From the NCBI GenBank assembly GCA_039208735.1, contig JBCCQY010000173.1, positions 1 through 20,019 of the forward strand: a stretch of DNA of 20,019 nucleotides, in the 5' to 3' direction. Positions 9,806 through 17,219 of the stretch are shown here, one piece after another. Under the pieces are notes generated by a model. The model made no database searches. It worked only from the letters and a program-made list of their open reading frames with translations, and was not told the DNA's origin. Positions within the stretch are counted from its first letter, which is position 1; each line of letters starts with the position of its first letter. The translations under genes and the position numbers were made by a program. The stretch is from Myxococcota bacterium. GTDB lineage: Bacteria > Myxococcota_A > UBA796 > GCA-2862545.

Positions 9806-10944
9806 CTCGTGGCCACCAGCCCCGATGGGGCCACCATGCGCAGCTCGAAGGTTGCGCCGATCCCGTCGTTGTCCACAAGGCGTAGGCTTCCGTGGTTCGC
9901 TTCCATGAGCTGTCGTGCGATCGACAGGCCCAGGCCCGTGCCTCCCCTTGCGGGGCGGGTCGTGAAGCGCGGCTCGAAGATCCGGTCTCGAAGCGCTTGA
10001 GGTACCCCCGGGCCGTTGTCGGAGACGCGCAACTGGACGTGCTCGGCGTGGCCGGTGGCTTCGATGCGCAACGTGGGATTCGGAGTCTGCGCCTCGACCA
10101 TGGCGTGGCCGGCATTGACGACGAGGTTCACGAGAATGCGCCCGAGGTCCGTCCGGTCGCACACGACGGTGAGGTCGGCATCACACTCCACTTCGATGCA
10201 CGTCCCATCGGGGAGTTGCGATTGAGCAACCGCCAACGCGCTGTGGACGATGTGGTGAAGACCCAGCACGTCGGAAGCCCGTTCATGGTCGTGCAGCCCG
10301 GGGACCGACGTATGGAGCTGTTTGAGAAACTCGACGGCCTGGCGAAGGCCCTGCAGCTCGTCGGCAAAGGCGTTGGCGATGGGCGGCGGCATTGTGCCGA
10401 TCATCGAGGGGTAAAGGTCTTCGAGTTCATCGCAACAGCCGATCACGCGACTGGCCACGTTGGCGAGATCGTGAAGCACTTGTCGTTGGGCCTCCGCCTG
10501 CCCGCGGATCTGCATGGCCTGAACGATCTCACCCGCAATCCGGGCCTGGTGCGCCGAGGCCTGGGCCTCCCGAAGGGTTCGCACGACCTCGTCGGTATTC
10601 CATGGTTTGGTGAGGAACGCTGAGACGCGGCCTTGGTTGATGGCTCGCATGACGGCCGCTTGTTCGGTGTAGGCGGTGATGATGATGCGTTCGACGGCGG
10701 GATGGCTGGACCGCACGCGCTCGCAGAGTTCGACCCCTGACATCCCCGGCATTCGTTGATCGGTCAGCAACACGTCGTAGGGTTCGCTGGCGAGCCGTCG
10801 CAGAGCCTCCTCGCCAGAACCCACACACGTGACGTCGAGTTGGTCGGCGAAGGAGGCCTCGAACACGATCCGGTTCGCCTCTTCGTCGTCGACGTAGAGC
10901 ACAGGATGGGGACGAACGAGATCGAACGGCGTGCGGGAGGTCAC
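9802..10944 (-). CDS. Hybrid REC-histidine kinase (receiver + HisKA-like + HATPase)
   Basis: REC: VLYVDDE, LLTDQRMPGMSG, IITAY, FLTKPW. H-box VLHDLAN, N-box NLVVNA, DNGPG, IFEPRFTT, GGTGLGL. GTG 10944 follows AGGAG and overlaps the upstream TGA (GTGA). Confidence 0.9.
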   Translation of the reverse strand: MTSRTPFDLVRPHPVLYVDDEEANRIVFEASFADQLDVTCVGSGEEALRRLASEPYDVLLTDQRMPGMSGVELCERVRSSHPAVERIIITAYTEQAAVMRAINQGRVSAFLTKPWNTDEVVRTLREAQASAHQARIAGEIVQAMQIRGQAEAQRQVLHDLANVASRVIGCCDELEDLYPSMIGTMPPPIANAFADELQGLRQAVEFLKQLHTSVPGLHDHERASDVLGLHHIVHSALAVAQSQLPDGTCIEVECDADLTVVCDRTDLGRILVNLVVNAGHAMVEAQTPNPTLRIEATGHAEHVQLRVSDNGPGVPQALRDRIFEPRFTTRPARGGTGLGLSIARQLMEANHGSLRLVDNDGIGATFELRMVAPSGLVATS

Positions 10945-11948
10945 GCGGGCTCCTGATGCGGGTCGACCGGTAGGCGCAGGGTGAACTGGGCGCCTCCGTT
11001 GGAGCCGGCCCCCACGAACAACTCGCCGCCGTGGCGCCCGACGATCCGCCGGCACAGGTGGAGCCCTAAGCCTGTTCCACCCTTGCCGCGGTGCGTGGTC
11101 ACGTAGGGGTCGAAGACCCGCTCGCGCATCGCCTCGGGGATGCCCGGTCCGTCGTCGCTCACCCGCAGCTCAAGGAACCTCGGCTCGCTCGTCACCTCGA
11201 CGTCGACCCGCCCGCCGCGCCCCGCGGCGCGCATCGCATTGTCGAGGAGGTTGAGAATCACCTGGTCGAGTTCACCAGGATGGCCCACCACAACGGGACC
11301 CGGTTCGGTTTGCACCCCGACCGTGACCTCCTCGTGTCGATGCTCGAGAATCGCCAAGGTTGCGGCGATGCTCTGGGCGGCATCCCAGGGTGCGCAAGGG
11401 GCTCGTTCGGACTTGGGACGAAAGGCGCGTACGAGGTGGGAGAGGCGAGACGCGGAGTGGCCCAGGACGTCGATGAGTCGGGCGGAGCGGGTCTCGAGGT
11501 CGGACGGTAGGCCCCTGCGCAGGGCTTCGAGCCCCCCGACAAGGGCGTGTACCGGGTTGCGCAACTCATGAACGAGGCTTGCCACGTCCTGTGAGGCAGG
11601 GTCGCGCCCTTCGCGGAACATCGCCAGCTCGAGGTGAGCGTGCACGCGTCGCCAGAAGCGCTCGGCGTTGACAGGCTCCACAATGGCGTCGGTGAAGGGG
11701 GGCCCGAGCCGAGCCGCGAGCGGTGTTTTGACGATCTCGATGGCAAGCGCTCGGCCCAGGTGCCCGACCAGCGGGTCCACCACACGTTGAGTCACCGCGA
11801 CAACGTCAGGCCAACCTGCGTCCAGCAGCGGAATCGCCTGGATGACGTCGGCCACAACCCGGACGTGGTCCGCCGGTCCGAGGCTCGCGGCCCAATCCGG
11901 AGGCGGATCGGCGATGACGAGCACACAGGGCACGGGATCGAAAGGCAA
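10941..11948 (-). CDS. Cytoplasmic histidine kinase with a degenerate receiver-like N-terminus
   Basis: H-box LVHELRNPV, N-box NLLDNA, DDGPG, VFDPYVTT and GGTGLGL. TTG start after GGAG. No transmembrane segment. Confidence 0.88.
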   Translation of the reverse strand: MPFDPVPCVLVIADPPPDWAASLGPADHVRVVADVIQAIPLLDAGWPDVVAVTQRVVDPLVGHLGRALAIEIVKTPLAARLGPPFTDAIVEPVNAERFWRRVHAHLELAMFREGRDPASQDVASLVHELRNPVHALVGGLEALRRGLPSDLETRSARLIDVLGHSASRLSHLVRAFRPKSERAPCAPWDAAQSIAATLAILEHRHEEVTVGVQTEPGPVVVGHPGELDQVILNLLDNAMRAAGRGGRVDVEVTSEPRFLELRVSDDGPGIPEAMRERVFDPYVTTHRGKGGTGLGLHLCRRIVGRHGGELFVGAGSNGGAQFTLRLPVDPHQEPA

Positions 11949-12089
11949 GGCGACTCCAAGCGAGGCGCGGGCGTCATCGGATCAATGGTGTGGTGCCTCG
12001 ATCCGATGCCGTGAAGGAACCGCTCGGAGAGGCGTCGAATCCCCGTGGCGCGCACGCTAATGGAGATGCGCGTCCGCTGTGGAGGTCTG

Positions 12090-12530
12090 GTGATTCGCTT
12101 CGTCGTCGATTGGTTCGTCCTCACGTTGTCGGTCGGACTCGCCGCGTGGTTTTTGCCCGGCGTGCACATCGAGTCGGTGTCGGCGTTGCTGTGGGCGGGC
12201 ACCGCGCTTGGCTTCGTCAACGTCGTGATCCGGCCCATCTTTTCATGGCTGACGTTGCCCATTCGGTTCGTCACGCTCGGGCTGTTCACGTTTGTGCTGA
12301 ATGGGGCCGCGTTCTACCTGGCGACGATCTTCGTGCCGGGCTTTTCGTTGGCGGGCCGCAGCTTTCTGTGGGCCATGGCCGGAGCCTTGTTCGTGAGCGT
12401 GGTCTCCTGGATCCTGGGCGACCTCGGTTACCGCCGTCAGCGCAAAAAGTGGGCCGAAGAACGGACACGTTCCACTCCGCGGGTCTCTCGGAGCTCGACG
12501 CGCACCACCCGCGACAACATCGGCTCGTAG
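12090..12530 (+). CDS. 4-TM membrane protein, YvlD/DUF360 (phage holin superfamily IV-like) family
   Basis: PGVHI...ALGFVNVVIRPIFSWLTLPIRFVTLGLFTFVLNG...VPGFS matches the family signature. GTG 12090 after GGAGG. Basic C-terminal tail. Confidence 0.85.
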   Translation: MIRFVVDWFVLTLSVGLAAWFLPGVHIESVSALLWAGTALGFVNVVIRPIFSWLTLPIRFVTLGLFTFVLNGAAFYLATIFVPGFSLAGRSFLWAMAGALFVSVVSWILGDLGYRRQRKKWAEERTRSTPRVSRSSTRTTRDNIGS

Positions 12531-13220
12531 TCATGCCCACCAGGCGTCGTGGGCTCGGCGAGTGTCCAATACGGTGGTTTCGCGTTTGATTTCGACCGGA
12601 ACAAGCCCTTGGACCTCGAGGAGGGTGACGGCGTGAAGAACCCGGGCGTCCACCGCGGCGCGGTCGCCCTTGTAGGCCCGAAGGGTGACGAACTGGACCA
12701 CTTGGTCGTTCCGACGTTCGTACGGATTCCGCGACGGTCGCCATCCGACATCGCGACCCGCCTGCTCAAGCCAGGCGTAGGTTTCGTCGAAGGCTTCGGC
12801 ATCGATGGAGAGCTTGATGTGGACTTCGTGGTAGCGCTCGGCATCGAAGAATTCGAGGGAAGGAAGACTTTCATGCTCGATCTTCACGCGAATGGGCTCC
12901 ACGTGAGCCTCCAGGAGGCCGGTCACCGTGACGCGGAGATCGTCGGCAATGCGGGCGACGGCGCCCGGCTGATCATCGACGAAGTACCGTGTGAACATGA
13001 CGTCCCGCTCCACCCTGCGGTCGAGATCTGCAAGCTCGATGACGGTGAGCTTCGCGCGGTGCGCGGTGGCCAAGCGTTCGAGGGTGGCCCGAAGGTCGGC
13101 CGGCAGCGCGGCGGGCACGCGCAACGTCACATGGCTGTGAAACCGGCCTTCGAGGTTTGAGAGCGGAGGCTGTTCCAATCGATCGCGTCGAGCATCGAGC
13201 GCTGCGAGAACGGGGTGCAT
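12531..13220 (-). CDS. Hypothetical protein with two internally repeated His-motif halves
   Basis: ATG 13220 lies 1 nt downstream of the LRR gene stop. Motifs FHSHVTL...RVKIE and YHEVHIKL...SRNP...QFVTLR...KRETTVLDT...DAWW. Function not recognised. Confidence 0.8.
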   Translation of the reverse strand: MHPVLAALDARRDRLEQPPLSNLEGRFHSHVTLRVPAALPADLRATLERLATAHRAKLTVIELADLDRRVERDVMFTRYFVDDQPGAVARIADDLRVTVTGLLEAHVEPIRVKIEHESLPSLEFFDAERYHEVHIKLSIDAEAFDETYAWLEQAGRDVGWRPSRNPYERRNDQVVQFVTLRAYKGDRAAVDARVLHAVTLLEVQGLVPVEIKRETTVLDTRRAHDAWWA

Positions 13221-13221
13221 G

Positions 13222-15093
13222 TCAGGCGTACTCCGCCCAACGCGCACCGAACCGCCGCGTCAGCTCCTCATTGGTTTCGCTCGAATAGCGCCAGGGCTGG
13301 CCCGTGACGCGGAACATGCGCAGCGGCTTTGGAAATCCACCGGCGAGTCGCAGCAGATCGGCCTCATCGAACGCGTTGTTTCGAAGGAGCAGCCGGTCTA
13401 GGTGCGGCAAACGAGGCCAAGCCAACAACGTTTCGATGGCCTCGCTGGTCAACCCACAGCGGGTCAGGTCGAGATCGACGAGTTGTTCGCCGAGCGGACC
13501 CTCCACAAGGAGGGCCAGTCCGCGATTACCGAGATTCGTGCCTTCAAGGCTTAGGCGCACGAGCTGTGGAGCGCCCTCTCCGATCGTCGAACTCCACGTG
13601 AGGTCGGGCACCCGGGTAAGGTCCAACGCCGTGAGATTGGGCGCGTCCGCCAACAACATGGGTAGCGCCGGACCGATGTGGTTGTTGTTCAGGTCGAGGT
13701 GCTCCACGTTGCGTAGGGTGCTGTGCGCGTTCAGCGCATGGTCCGAGAGCAGGCCGCTCTCACCAAGGTTGAGCACGGCAATTCGGGCGTCGCCAAAGGC
13801 AGCGAGCGCGTCCTCCACGAGGTTGCGATGGACAACCAGTTCCTCGAGCGAGCGGATCCAAGGTAATTCTGCCAGTCGTGCCACATCGTTGGGGCTAAGC
13901 TCGCAATCTTCGAGCCGGAGCGTGTGCAGGGCTTGGGGCGGCGAGGCGCTGGCCAGCAGGTCACCCAGTCCCGCCAAGGCGGTTTCCGAAAGGTTCAGCG
14001 TGCGCAGTGAAGACCAGCAAGGGGCTTCGATGATGTGATGCACGTCAGCCAAGGCGAGCGGGTTTTGCCGGAGGTCAAGTTCGCGCAACGCTGCGAGTCG
14101 AGGGTGATGGAGAAAGCCGAGTTGGTCGCCTGCGATGTCGTTGTCGGCGAGTCGCAGTTGCTCGACGGGAGCCCCTTCGGGCAACGTGACCGCGTTCAGT
14201 TCGAGCCGGTTGAGCGAGATGCGCTCGAGTTTCGTGAACCGGTTCAGCAGGAGTTCCGCACCCTCGTTGCCCAACCGCTGGAGATCGAGGTTCAATTCGC
14301 GAAGGTCGCCAAGCGCATCCGCTCCGGCAATCAAGCGGGCGCCATCGACCCCCAAGGTCGGGTCCTCGAAGTAGCCGCTGTCGTAGTCGACGAAGTCCGT
14401 TCCTAGATCGAGCGTTTCGAGGGCGTAACCCTGCTTGACAGCACGCCGGGCGTGCAGGGTCGCGAGGGTGTGGTGACCTCGAATGCGGAACGTTCGCAGT
14501 CGGGGAAGCTTTAGGGCGCGGAGCAAATCGTCGTAGACGTCGTCTTCGGCGCTATTCGCCCAGGCTTCGATACTCGGCACGTCACCCAACAGCCGCTGGA
14601 TGGCGGACCGCTCGGACGACGAGAGCTGAAACCACTCGGATCGGTCGCTGCCTACGAGCTGGATGGCCCGCACCCAGGGCAAGGCTTTGGCCACCCATGG
14701 GCCAGGCTTGCTTTCCTCTAGCTTGAACCGCACGGTATGCACAGGCTGAAGCGCCTGAATCGCGTCCGCGTGGTTGAACAAGGCGCCGACGTGGTCTACC
14801 TCCACCGTGCCGAAGAATCCCCGATCCAGGGTGCCCCAGTGAATGCCCTCAAATTCGGGCAATTCGGCGCGCCACCGCGCATGGTGGAGCCGTTCAAGGG
14901 TGTGGGCATGACGAGCGGCTCGTACGGTCTCGCGAGCGTCTGCGGGACCTTGGGCCACCCGCAGCTGGAGGCGGATCAACGTGGCGCGGGCCACGTCACC
15001 GTGCTCGTCGAGCCAGTCCGCTGCGATCTGTCGCGGCGCATCCGCCAACGGATCCGCAAGCACCGCCGAGAGCAGTTCGGGTGCGATCGACAC
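13222..15093 (-). CDS. TIGR02996 (repeat-companion) domain protein with about 15 leucine-rich repeats
   Basis: N-terminal LLSAVLADPLADAPRQIAADWLDEHGD..RATLIRLQL and RGF motif. LRRs include LRELNLDLQRLGNEGA, LRELDLRQNPL, LRTLNLSETAL, VEHLDLNNNHI, LVRLSLEGTNLGNRGL and LVDLDLTRCGLTSEA. GTG start after GGAGG. Confidence 0.9.
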   Translation of the reverse strand: MSIAPELLSAVLADPLADAPRQIAADWLDEHGDVARATLIRLQLRVAQGPADARETVRAARHAHTLERLHHARWRAELPEFEGIHWGTLDRGFFGTVEVDHVGALFNHADAIQALQPVHTVRFKLEESKPGPWVAKALPWVRAIQLVGSDRSEWFQLSSSERSAIQRLLGDVPSIEAWANSAEDDVYDDLLRALKLPRLRTFRIRGHHTLATLHARRAVKQGYALETLDLGTDFVDYDSGYFEDPTLGVDGARLIAGADALGDLRELNLDLQRLGNEGAELLLNRFTKLERISLNRLELNAVTLPEGAPVEQLRLADNDIAGDQLGFLHHPRLAALRELDLRQNPLALADVHHIIEAPCWSSLRTLNLSETALAGLGDLLASASPPQALHTLRLEDCELSPNDVARLAELPWIRSLEELVVHRNLVEDALAAFGDARIAVLNLGESGLLSDHALNAHSTLRNVEHLDLNNNHIGPALPMLLADAPNLTALDLTRVPDLTWSSTIGEGAPQLVRLSLEGTNLGNRGLALLVEGPLGEQLVDLDLTRCGLTSEAIETLLAWPRLPHLDRLLLRNNAFDEADLLRLAGGFPKPLRMFRVTGQPWRYSSETNEELTRRFGARWAEYA

Positions 15094-15124
15094 GAGACCT
15101 CCGTGAGCACGAAAGGCCTATCCG

Positions 15125-15931
15125 TCACGCGGGAAGGCGCGCAAGGGCGGCTGCGAGCCTCTTTCTGACCGTTTCGAGGGTGGTTTGGAGGTCTCCCGGG
15201 GTTTCGCTGTCTCGCCAACGGCGTGAGGCGGACTTCGCGGTCCAGTGTGCGGCGGACAGTGTGGTTCGAGCCGATTCGTAGCTGAAGCCTCGTGAAGCGA
15301 ACGCGGCGTCGATCGCAGGGGTGAGCACGGCATCCTCGAGCGGGACGCCTTTGATGATTCGGCACAGATCGGCCAGGTCCTTGGGGCGAAACCGCGGGCC
15401 ACACTCGGCAAGGCCGTGCAGCTTCCAAGCGACTTGGGTCTCGGGAGCGCACGCCCGAATGTGGGGCGGCGCTCCGATGAGAGAGGGGTAGTCCATCTCT
15501 TGAGCGGGGGGCACCAAGGGGTCGCCGTAGCCAACGTCCGCCGTCACCACGATGACGGTTTCGCCGAAGCCCACGGGAATCTGCGCCCGAATTCCCGGAA
15601 ATGCAGTGTGGAGCCAGATTCCTTTCGTGCGCACCGCGGCCCCGTCAACCTGCAGGCCATCGTCGATGGAAACCTGGCCGATCGCGCGCAGGCGTTCGGT
15701 CGTCATGGCGACGTCGAAATCGTGGTCCCCCACCAGGTCGAGGTCTTGGGTGGACCGTCCTGGAGACCACACCCGGGTCATCAGACCGCCCCGCAGCACG
15801 AAGTCGTTGCGCACAGGGCTGTGGGCCAGGCGGCGAAGCAGCCCCTCCAGCAAGTGGTGGCGCATGGCCTCCTCCGGGGATTCCCCTCGGCGATGACCTT
15901 CCGCGATGGCGGCTTCGACCTGTTCGATCAC
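15125..15931 (-). CDS. AbiEii/AbiGii-family (DUF1814-like) nucleotidyltransferase toxin-like protein
   Basis: LLEGLLRRLA, FVLRGGLM, RSTQDLDL (Pol-beta DxD), DVGYGDP, PETQVAWKLH and RPKDLADL are the characteristic AbiEii motifs. Confidence 0.88.
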   Translation of the reverse strand: MIEQVEAAIAEGHRRGESPEEAMRHHLLEGLLRRLAHSPVRNDFVLRGGLMTRVWSPGRSTQDLDLVGDHDFDVAMTTERLRAIGQVSIDDGLQVDGAAVRTKGIWLHTAFPGIRAQIPVGFGETVIVVTADVGYGDPLVPPAQEMDYPSLIGAPPHIRACAPETQVAWKLHGLAECGPRFRPKDLADLCRIIKGVPLEDAVLTPAIDAAFASRGFSYESARTTLSAAHWTAKSASRRWRDSETPGDLQTTLETVRKRLAAALARLPA

Positions 15932-15961
15932 CCACCCATCCGCGTCTTCAAAGCCGGTCCC

Positions 15962-16477
15962 TCATGGGAGTGGCTGCGGGGGATCGCCCACGAAGGGATC
16001 GTAGGCCGAGTTCGCGTAGTTCCAACGCTTCCCGTAGACGTGAACGTCGTCAGTGGGCTTGCCGGTTGGGGTGACCAAGGGGCCCCCCGCATGCGTCCAA
16101 GCGAGGATGCTCCCCCGGAAGTTCGTCGCGTTCACGCCCTCCTTGGCCAGCCGACGCGCGACGTAGCCCGAGCGAACGCCCACGGTGCAGTAGGTGACGA
16201 CCGGCCGACCGTTGTGACGAGCTCGGTTGGCCTCGTAGTCCTCGAGAGAAATGGCCCCTGGCAGGATGCTTACGGCTCGCTCGTGGGGGTCGCGAACGTC
16301 GATGAGCAGCGGAGGAGTGTCGCGGTTGAGGTCTTTCATCAACGTCGCCGCGTCAATCGTGGGGATGCCAGGCGCGGTGAGGGCCCATGCGTCGTAAAGT
16401 TGATCGAGGGCTCGCGCCGTTTCAGCGTCCGTGACCGACGACTGGGCACAGGCAATCATCGCGAAGGTCCACAGCAT
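15962..16477 (-). CDS. Rhodanese-like domain protein, probable lipoprotein
   Basis: LLIDVRDPHERAVSILPGA, active-site loop YCTVGVRS, and GSILAW. Short hydrophobic N-terminus ending MIAC. Confidence 0.88.
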   Translation of the reverse strand: MLWTFAMIACAQSSVTDAETARALDQLYDAWALTAPGIPTIDAATLMKDLNRDTPPLLIDVRDPHERAVSILPGAISLEDYEANRARHNGRPVVTYCTVGVRSGYVARRLAKEGVNATNFRGSILAWTHAGGPLVTPTGKPTDDVHVYGKRWNYANSAYDPFVGDPPQPLP

Positions 16478-16568
16478 GCCCGGTTTGTATCGTTCGAGGG
16501 TGCAATGGGGTACCTCCGCGGTCAGCTTGCTCCTCGCACGATATGAAGCGGTCGCACAGGTGGGATGA

Positions 16569-17201
16569 ATGCCGCGAAAGAAGAGCGAACATTGCCGTTT
16601 GGCGATTCTGCGGGCCTGCCTGAAGGTCCTCGATGAAAAGGGCTACCTCGACCTCACCATCGAAGAGGTGGCGTCGAAAGCACAGGCAGGAAAGCAGACG
16701 GTTTACCGACACTTTGGGAGCAAGGCACGGCTCGCGCTCGAGGCGTTTACCCACATTACCGACCAGGCGGTCCCCGAAGACACCGGATCGCTTGGGGCTG
16801 ACCTGCAGTCCTTCCTGCACGAACGGATCGAGCGGGTGGATTTTCCGAAGAAGCGTCAGATGGTGAGCGGGTTGCTCGCCGAAGCCCAATGCGACCCTGA
16901 CTTCGCGGCGTGCTTTCGTCAGACCTATGTGAAGGCGCATCGGCGCCCGGTTCGCACGATCTTCCGTCGGGCGATTGCCAGGGGAGAGGTCGATCCTGAG
17001 GCAAACATCGAGTTGTTTGTCGACCTGTTGTTCGGGCCTTGGCTCTATCGGCTCCTCGCGACCGGTGATTCCATCGATCCGCAGTTTGCGACCGAACTCT
17101 CCTTTGCCGTCGCCCACGCGGCAACCCTCACCGCACCACCCCTGGCTCGCCCCCATCGCGACGAAGACGTAGCCACACCACGCCGGGTGATGCGAAGCTG
17201 A
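16569..17201 (+). CDS. TetR/AcrR-family transcriptional regulator
   Basis: HTH LTIEEVASKAQAGKQTVYRHFGSK, PEDTGSLGADL, RAIARGEV and DLLFGPWLYRLL C-terminal domain. Confidence 0.92.
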   Translation: MPRKKSEHCRLAILRACLKVLDEKGYLDLTIEEVASKAQAGKQTVYRHFGSKARLALEAFTHITDQAVPEDTGSLGADLQSFLHERIERVDFPKKRQMVSGLLAEAQCDPDFAACFRQTYVKAHRRPVRTIFRRAIARGEVDPEANIELFVDLLFGPWLYRLLATGDSIDPQFATELSFAVAHAATLTAPPLARPHRDEDVATPRRVMRS

Positions 17202-17219
17202 CGCTCTCGAAAGGAGAGC

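Noticed and set aside
12045..12530. Holin-family gene as evidence of a prophage or as a lysis effector of the adjacent trio
   Set aside because: YvlD/DUF360 proteins are common chromosomal membrane proteins. No endolysin, integrase or structural phage genes are present, and the gene is convergent with the trio rather than in its operon.
14365..14385. DSGYF as a eukaryotic DSGxxS degron mimic, making the LRR protein a host-directed effector
   Set aside because: The second Ser is missing, and there is no F-box, secretion signal or secretion system in the window.
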